A DNA stretch of 22,870 nucleotides from a virus (taxonomy: Duplodnaviria; Heunggongvirae; Uroviricota; Caudoviricetes): the IMG/VR virus record IMGVR_UViG_3300036828_000615, positions 64,001-86,870 of that record, one strand, 5' to 3'. Shown here in pieces: positions 22,866-22,870 of the stretch (the first letter of the stretch is position 1; each line of letters opens with the position of its first letter). Under the pieces are notes generated by a model, which was not told where the DNA came from, ran no database searches, and saw only the letters and a program-made list of their open reading frames with translations. The position numbers were made by a program, and so were the translations under genes.

Positions 22866-22870
22866 GGATC

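Noticed and set aside
1-22870. tRNA, CRISPR array, integrase/att site, genome terminus
   Set aside because: No cloverleaf, regularly spaced repeat array, recombinase motif or host gene was recognised; ends cannot be placed without reads.

Overview
High-GC tailed-phage DNA from an actinobacteriophage, most likely mycobacteriophage-like; the window alone cannot show whether it is a virion genome or a prophage. Left half (minus strand, 9378 to 1): HK97-type head module with a TerS-like HTH protein, TerL, a small membrane protein, portal, a multidomain prohead protease, two micro-ORFs, major capsid protein, an endonuclease VII remnant, a PE-repeat/HeH-like protein and a head-tail adaptor cut by the window edge. 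Directly upstream and co-oriented (13406 to 9387) is a glycan-modification cluster of three glycosyltransferases and a MycE/TylE-type sugar O-methyltransferase. One glycosyltransferase carries a 347-aa LAGLIDADG intein inserted just before its GWGWED motif. The right half is an accessory region of small, translationally coupled genes in alternating blocks. It includes a second class I methyltransferase, three WPD-ending paralogues, Cys-rich microproteins, a lipoprotein, and a beta-class DNA methyltransferase with an in-frame LAGLIDADG domain that has no intein splicing motifs. Short direct repeats encoding both a stop and the next start bracket single genes. No tRNA, rRNA, CRISPR or integrase was seen. 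All family calls come from motif recognition by eye, not database searches.
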